DNA of 63,639 bases, the filler included. It is 6 parts of 6 records of this genome, joined end to end, with 100 filler letters (N's around TTAATTAATTAA, not from the genome) between each part and the next. Parts side by side here need not be neighbours in the genome. Positions count along the whole stretch, not along the records: positions 56,369 to 63,639 come from DRR723986_3118; 5 more parts are not named here. One strand, 5' to 3'. A model generated the notes under the pieces. The model made no database searches. It was not told the origin of the DNA and saw nothing but the letters and a program-made list of their open reading frames with translations. The translations under genes and the position numbers were made by a program. This document shows, piece by piece, positions 58,169 to 63,639 of the stretch. How positions within the stretch are numbered: the stretch's first letter is position 1; the number at the start of each line of letters is the position of its first letter.

Positions 58169-60211
58169 ATGACCGTCAATCCGCTTCTTTCCGACTGGAC
58201 CACGCCGTTCGACCTGCCTCCCTTCGAGACGATCTCTCCCGCGCATTTCGAGGAAGCATTCGACGCCGCCATGGCGGAAGCCAAGGCGGACACTGACAGG
58301 ATCGCCGATCAGGAGGTGGCGCCGACTTTTGAAAACACGATTGTTGCCCTGGAGACGTCAGGAAAGACGCTCACCAAGGTTGCAAGGACGTTTTTCAACC
58401 TGACCGGTGCCCATACCAATGAGGCCCTGCAAAAGATCGAGCGCGACGTGGCGCCGAAGCTTGCAAAACATTCCTCGGAAATGCTGCTGAATTCCAAGCT
58501 TTACGGCAGGATTGCCGCGTTGTGGGATCAAAGGGATTCCCTTGAACTCAATGCCGAAGACGCACGCGTGCTCGAACGGTATCAGAAAATGTTCCAGCGG
58601 GCCGGTGCAGGCCTTGACGATGCCGGCAAGGCGCGGATGGCTGATATTTCGCAAAGACTTGCCACCCTCGGCACCAGCTTTTCCCAGAACGTACTCAAGG
58701 ATGAGTCGGACTATCAGCTTGTTCTGGAAACCGAGGAAGACCGTGCCGGCCTGCCTGACTTCCTGCTGACCTCGGCTGCCGAAGCTGCAAACGAACGAGG
58801 GCTTGACGGCAAGCACGTCATCACGCTTTCCCGTTCCTCGATCGAACCTTTCCTTCAATTTTCCACGAACCGGCGTTTGCGTGAAGAAGCCTTCAAGGCA
58901 TGGTCCGCCCGTGGAGAAAACGGCGGCCAGACCGACAACCGGGCAATCATCAGCGAAACCCTCAAACTGCGGGACGAGAAAGCCCGGATGCTCGGTTTCA
59001 AGAACTTTGCGGAATTCAAGCTCGATGACACGATGGCCAAGACGCCAGACAACGTCAGAGGCCTGCTTGTGAAGGTCTGGGAACCGGCGGTCGCTCAGGC
59101 GCGGGAAGAAGAAGCCAAGCTGGCGGACATGGCGCGCACTGCCGGCGAAAACCATTCTATCGAGGCATGGGACTGGCGCTTTTATTCCGAAAAAGTCCGC
59201 AAGGCCGAACACGATCTGGATGAAACGGAGCTGAAGCCTTACCTGCAACTTGAAAACATCATCCAGGCTGCCTTTGACACCGCAACACGTCTCTTCGGGC
59301 TTACTTTCAAAGAACTCAAGGACATGCCGGTCTACCACCCGGATGTCCGGGTGTTTGAAGTACTCGGCAAGGATGGCAATCACGTCGGTCTCTTTCTGGG
59401 AGACTATTTCGCTCGGTCGTCAAAAAGATCCGGTGCCTGGATGAGTGCATTCCGGTCGCAACACAGGCTGGAAGGCGACGTAACGCCGATCATCGTCAAT
59501 GTGATGAATTTCTCCAAAGGTGCCAAGGGTGAAGCCACACTGCTGACGTTCGATGATGCCCGGACCCTGTTCCACGAGTTTGGCCATGGCCTGCACGGTC
59601 TTCTTTCGAATGTGACCTACCCCATGATCTCGGGCACCAGCGTCTCGCGTGACTTCGTCGAGTTGCCCTCTCAGCTGTATGAGCACTGGTTGTCTCAACC
59701 CGAAGTGCTTTCAAAATACGCCGTTCACTACAAGACCGGCGAACCGATGCCCGAGGCACTTCTCGACAAGCTGCTTGCTGCCGCCAATTTCAATCAGGGG
59801 TTTGCGACGGTAGAGTATATGGCTTCCGCACTGATCGATCTCGAACTCCATCAATTGGAAGATCCGGCAGAACTAGATGTTGCAGCCTTCGAAAAGGAAG
59901 AACTCGGCAAGATCGGCATGCCGCAAGCCATCACGATGCGTCACCGTATCCCGCATTTCCAGCATGTCTTTTCGGGCGACGGCTACGCGGCTGGATATTA
60001 CAGCTACATGTGGTCGGAAGTGATGGATGCGGACGCGTTTGAGGCATTTGAAGAGAAGGGCAACGTATTTGATCCGGAAACGGCCGGAAAACTGTTGACC
60101 TACATCTATTCAGCCGGTGGCCGGCAGGACCCGGAAGCCGCGTATCTCGCATTCCGGGGGCGTGCGCCACGGATCGATGCTCTTCTTGAAAAGCGCGGCT
60201 TTGCTGCCTGA
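58169..60211 (+). CDS. dcp: M3 family peptidyl-dipeptidase Dcp
   Basis: NPLL..W.TPF.LPPF, KRSGAWM, FHEFGHGLH, DFVELPSQ, YAAGYYSY.W. Confidence 0.93.
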   Translation: MTVNPLLSDWTTPFDLPPFETISPAHFEEAFDAAMAEAKADTDRIADQEVAPTFENTIVALETSGKTLTKVARTFFNLTGAHTNEALQKIERDVAPKLAKHSSEMLLNSKLYGRIAALWDQRDSLELNAEDARVLERYQKMFQRAGAGLDDAGKARMADISQRLATLGTSFSQNVLKDESDYQLVLETEEDRAGLPDFLLTSAAEAANERGLDGKHVITLSRSSIEPFLQFSTNRRLREEAFKAWSARGENGGQTDNRAIISETLKLRDEKARMLGFKNFAEFKLDDTMAKTPDNVRGLLVKVWEPAVAQAREEEAKLADMARTAGENHSIEAWDWRFYSEKVRKAEHDLDETELKPYLQLENIIQAAFDTATRLFGLTFKELKDMPVYHPDVRVFEVLGKDGNHVGLFLGDYFARSSKRSGAWMSAFRSQHRLEGDVTPIIVNVMNFSKGAKGEATLLTFDDARTLFHEFGHGLHGLLSNVTYPMISGTSVSRDFVELPSQLYEHWLSQPEVLSKYAVHYKTGEPMPEALLDKLLAAANFNQGFATVEYMASALIDLELHQLEDPAELDVAAFEKEELGKIGMPQAITMRHRIPHFQHVFSGDGYAAGYYSYMWSEVMDADAFEAFEEKGNVFDPETAGKLLTYIYSAGGRQDPEAAYLAFRGRAPRIDALLEKRGFAA

Positions 60212-60274
60212 TCCGACCTCTTCTCCAGGCCTGCCGGCTTGCGCCGGCGGGTCAAACGTTTCCACGACAACCGG

Positions 60275-60670
60275 ATGACCCACATGCAGCCTCAGGCGAC
60301 CCCGACAGCTCCTCTTCTCAGAACGGGTATGGCTATGGCCGGTGTCTCAGGTGCAGCCGGCGTCGTAAGTCTGGCATTGTCCGCGCACGCCAGCACGTCA
60401 AGCCTGATCGAAACCGCTGCACACATGCTTTTGTTTCACGCGCCTGTGTTCCTGGGCATCGGCCTTCTCGCCCAATTGCGGAGAGTGCCGCTCCTTCCCG
60501 TCGTTTTGATATTCCTTGCAGCAGGACTGTCCCTGTTCTGTGGTGACCTGTTGATGCGGGCTTTTCTGGAAAGGCGCCTGTTTGCGATGTCGGCGCCAAT
60601 CGGCGGCATGATGGTGATCCTCGGATGGCTGATGCTCGCGCTCTGTGCTTTACGTGTTCAGCCCAAGTGA
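60275..60670 (+). CDS. DUF423 (YgdD/TMEM256) small membrane protein
   Basis: GV...A.SAH, LFHAP, LFCGDL, APIGG....GW. Confidence 0.88.
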   Translation: MTHMQPQATPTAPLLRTGMAMAGVSGAAGVVSLALSAHASTSSLIETAAHMLLFHAPVFLGIGLLAQLRRVPLLPVVLIFLAAGLSLFCGDLLMRAFLERRLFAMSAPIGGMMVILGWLMLALCALRVQPK

Positions 60671-60728
60671 CTAAAAGCCATCTGACAGGTTATTCCGGTA
60701 AAACCAGAACCAATTCGGATTATTTTTA

Positions 60729-62159
60729 GTGACTGTTTCCGCACAAATTTCAGGCGACACCCAAAAGGCCGAACCGACAGCCACCAAGGCTGAAGACTTC
60801 GTGCCGCCCTACCCGTTCCGCTATGAAAAGATGCCGCCGGTCTGGAGCCTGATCGGCATGGCCAAGCGCAATTTTCTATCTATTTGGGGCGTTGATGATT
60901 TTCAAAGCCGCCTCAGAAGCAAAAAGATCTTCACTCGCGAACTGGTGATCTGCAACCGGCCAGACGTGGTTCGTGAAGCGTTCCAGACCAATCACGATGT
61001 CTTGCAGCGCAAAAGCCCGCAAATGCGTCATGCCTTGCAGCCTCTTCTCGGCGACGGTCTTTTTATCAGTGACACCGAAACCTGGGCGAAACGCCGCAAG
61101 GTGGTTGCACCGATCATCCACGGCTCGCGCGTCAAAGGATTCGCGCCGATCATGATCGAAACCATCGAGGAACAGCGAGCCGACTGGGCATCGCAGGGCG
61201 AAGGCGCTGAGGTCGATGCGCTCGCCGATATGGCACACCTGACAGCAGAGATCATTTGCCGGACCATTTTTGGGCGCCAGCTGGGCAAGGATCATGCTGC
61301 CGAAGTCGTTCAGGGTTTTTCGGATTATCAGCGCCATATCGACCAGGTCGACATCCTCTCCCTCTTCGGCCTGCCCGAATGGCTGCCACGTTTTCGTGGT
61401 CGTGCGATCAAGAAACCTGTCGAGCGCATCATGACGGTGCTCGACAAGATCATCGCCAACTACGAAGCGCAGAAGGAAAAAGGCGAAGCATCCGTCATTG
61501 GCGGCTTGCTGGAAGCGAGAGACGAGAACGGCGAACCACTGAGCCGTGAGGCAATCATCAGCGAAGCTGCCGTGATTTTCATGGCCGGCCATGAAACAAC
61601 CGCCAACACACTGGCCTGGGCCTGGTTCCTGCTGTCCCAATGCGACAAGAGCAGGGCTAAATTGCAGGCCGAACTCGACACGGTCCTCGCCGGCCGGTCA
61701 CCGACATTCCAGGACGTTCCCAACCTGCCCTACACCAAGGCTGTCATCGAGGAAACCTTGCGGCTGTATCCGCCGGTCCCGATCCTTGCGCGAGAGGCAA
61801 TGGCGGACACAAGCATCGGCGGCAAGTCAGTGCCAAAAGGTTCGCTGGTCATGGTGGTGCCATGGCTTATGCATCGCAATCCGGTGCTATGGTCGAAACC
61901 GGACGTTTTTGATCCCGGCCGTTTTCTCAATCCAAAATCGAAGAAACCCAATAAATACGGGTATGTCCCCTTCAGCATCGGCCCGCGCATTTGCGCCGGA
62001 CTGCAATTCGGCATGACAGAAGCAATTCTCAGCCTGGCCATTCTCGCCCAGGATTTCGAACTCAAGCTGAAAGACGGTACGGACGTCCAGCCGGTAGCGC
62101 GGTTGACCTTGCGCCCTGGTGAAAACCTGCCAATGACACTGCACCCGCGCCATTCATGA
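60729..62159 (+). CDS. Cytochrome P450
   Basis: I-helix AGHETTA, ExxR (ETLR), FDPGRF, heme loop PFSIGPRICAG. Confidence 0.97.
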   Translation: MTVSAQISGDTQKAEPTATKAEDFVPPYPFRYEKMPPVWSLIGMAKRNFLSIWGVDDFQSRLRSKKIFTRELVICNRPDVVREAFQTNHDVLQRKSPQMRHALQPLLGDGLFISDTETWAKRRKVVAPIIHGSRVKGFAPIMIETIEEQRADWASQGEGAEVDALADMAHLTAEIICRTIFGRQLGKDHAAEVVQGFSDYQRHIDQVDILSLFGLPEWLPRFRGRAIKKPVERIMTVLDKIIANYEAQKEKGEASVIGGLLEARDENGEPLSREAIISEAAVIFMAGHETTANTLAWAWFLLSQCDKSRAKLQAELDTVLAGRSPTFQDVPNLPYTKAVIEETLRLYPPVPILAREAMADTSIGGKSVPKGSLVMVVPWLMHRNPVLWSKPDVFDPGRFLNPKSKKPNKYGYVPFSIGPRICAGLQFGMTEAILSLAILAQDFELKLKDGTDVQPVARLTLRPGENLPMTLHPRHS

Positions 62160-63229
62160 CCAAACAGACGCGGCTGGAAGATATTCCCTTCGCTGAAACT
62201 CTTGCAGTAGAGCCCTTGGCTCCTCGTCTACGGGACCTCTTTTCTCAACAGGAGGCAGAGAGAGAGGCGGCTCGGCTACACTGGTTCGTTCATGTCAAGG
62301 ACGGTGTCCTGAACACCCTTTTTCATCTTTCGCTGAAGCTGTGCCCACCAGCATTCGCATCGGCTTTCGGCAATTTGCTCGTGCCGGTAATGCGCTGGTC
62401 ATATCGAGACAAACTGTTTCCGCAGCGCATCAGCCGTAATTTTGAAACGCTGACCGTCAACCGCTGGAACACCGACAAGGGCCAGAAAGCGGGACTGAAA
62501 CGATGGTGGCACAACATCGGCCGAACGATGTCCGAGTTCTGCATCGTCAACAAGTTATGGAAAAGTGCTCGTATTGAAGTTGAAGGGCTGGAACATCTGA
62601 AAGCGGCGCAGGCCAAAGGCGCACCAGTGATCTTCACATCCATGCATCTTGGCACCTGGGAAGCACTTTTCGTGGCAATACACGAGGGGCTCGCCGGACC
62701 GAGCATCGGTCCATTTCAACCGGAACCAAACCGGTTCAAGAACCGCATTGTTCATGCCATCCGCAAGGAGCGAAACCAGTATCTTTTCCCACCGGGGCAA
62801 AGAAGCGCGTATCGGCTACACCGGCTGATGAACAACGGGCAGTATTCCATGACCATTTTCGTGGACGAAGTTCGCGACAAGCAGGTCCATCTGCCCAGTT
62901 TCGGTCGACCATTGCCGAAAAAAGGAAATGCGATCGTTGCAGTGAAGATCGCCAATTCCTGCGGCGGTACAATTATCCCGACATATCTTGTGCGACTGGG
63001 ACCGGCCCGTTTCAGGATGGTCCTTCTGCCGCCTCTGGAAAGACCTGAAGAAACCACCGGCTATGATCTACAGGAAACAATCCGGGCCATGAACGATGTG
63101 TTCGAACCGATCGTGCTCGAACACATCGAAGAATGGTACATGTTGGGCGAATTGAGATTGCCCAGAAAATTCGCCCAAAGCGCCTACGCGAAAGCCTTGA
63201 GCGAAAAGAACCAAGCCCGAAAGTGGTAG
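62156..63229 (+). CDS. Lipid A late acyltransferase-like protein (LpxL/HtrB/MsbB family LPLAT)
   Basis: NIGRTMSEF, IEVEGLEHL, catalytic HX4E in SMHLGTWE, P..N, FVD, FGR, E..I.EH.EEW; ATGA overlap with the P450. Confidence 0.85.
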   Translation: MTKQTRLEDIPFAETLAVEPLAPRLRDLFSQQEAEREAARLHWFVHVKDGVLNTLFHLSLKLCPPAFASAFGNLLVPVMRWSYRDKLFPQRISRNFETLTVNRWNTDKGQKAGLKRWWHNIGRTMSEFCIVNKLWKSARIEVEGLEHLKAAQAKGAPVIFTSMHLGTWEALFVAIHEGLAGPSIGPFQPEPNRFKNRIVHAIRKERNQYLFPPGQRSAYRLHRLMNNGQYSMTIFVDEVRDKQVHLPSFGRPLPKKGNAIVAVKIANSCGGTIIPTYLVRLGPARFRMVLLPPLERPEETTGYDLQETIRAMNDVFEPIVLEHIEEWYMLGELRLPRKFAQSAYAKALSEKNQARKW

Positions 63230-63230
63230 A

Positions 63231-63639
63231 TTATCCCTTCAGTCGCTCGGCATGCCAGGCGACGTGGTCGCGCGCGAACGTTGACACGAAATAATAGGAA
63301 TGGTCGTAGCCTGCCTGCAAGCGGTAGGTGTGAGCCGTCTTCGTTTCGGTCAATGCATCGATGAGAGCAGCGGGTTTGAGCAGTTCGTAGAATTGATCGC
63401 CTGCACCCTGATCAATCAGAACATCACCGGCCCAGCCCTTCTCCTTGACCAGAACCGTCGCGTCATGCGCTGTCCAGAGTGTCTCATCAGCTCCGAGATA
63501 GGCCCCAAGCTGTTTGCGGCCCCAGTCGGAAGCCGTGGGGTTTGCGATCGGCGCAAAGGCTGACAATGACTGATAATGCCCGGGATATTTCATTGCCAGC
63601 GTCAACGCGCCGTGCCCGCCCATGGAATGCCCGGTGATC
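63231..63639 (-). CDS. fghA: S-formylglutathione hydrolase, 3' part
   Basis: ITGHSMGGHGAL, SAFAPI, LIDQG..D.F, GYDHSYYF. Confidence 0.95.
   Translation of the reverse strand, partial: ITGHSMGGHGALTLAMKYPGHYQSLSAFAPIANPTASDWGRKQLGAYLGADETLWTAHDATVLVKEKGWAGDVLIDQGAGDQFYELLKPAALIDALTETKTAHTYRLQAGYDHSYYFVSTFARDHVAWHAERLKG

Overview
This window is not one locus. It is six separate alphaproteobacterial contigs joined by artificial 100-nt linkers (N44-TTAATTAATTAA-N44) at 5341-5440, 14819-14918, 36463-36562, 46405-46504 and 56269-56368. Codon style differs between contigs, so they probably come from different organisms; the lineage guesses below are inferred from protein style and gene order, not from a search. 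Contig 1 (1-5340, very GC-rich, Rhodobacteraceae-like): 5' part of serS, a secreted trypsin-like protease, yajC-secD-secF, a Mth938-like gene and a truncated repeat. Contig 2 (5441-14818, Rhodobacteraceae-like): a GntR-controlled catabolic cluster (Dpp/Opp-type binding protein, two permeases, two amidohydrolases, flavin reductase) next to gyrB. Contig 3 (14919-36462, Hyphomonadaceae/Caulobacterales-like): glnA end, clpPX, several accessory enzymes and the tsf-pyrH-frr-uppS-cdsA-dxr-rseP-bamA-skp-lpxD-lpxA-lpxI-lpxB cluster, which lacks fabZ. Contig 4 (36563-46404, Roseibium/Hyphomicrobiales-like): liuR-ivd leucine operon, GH25 muramidase, ohr/ohrR, TetR/DUF1330, mgtE, three hypothetical genes and the 3' end of a tRNA. 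Contig 5 (46505-56268, Roseobacter-group-like): 3' part of serS, der, bamB-like, yfgM-like and an RND pump. Contig 6 (56369-63639): branched-chain amino-acid binding protein, PNPOx-like gene, dcp, DUF423, a cytochrome P450 coupled to an LpxL-family acyltransferase, and fghA. I see no CRISPR array, transposase, integrase or prophage. Most of the window is housekeeping. The best candidates for undescribed biology are the P450 + lipid A-type acyltransferase pair, an amidohydrolase that has lost its HxH metal motif and is coupled to an intact one, an OhrR with a long charged N-terminal arm, and a CtrA-type box upstream of clpX. I could not check novelty against any database.
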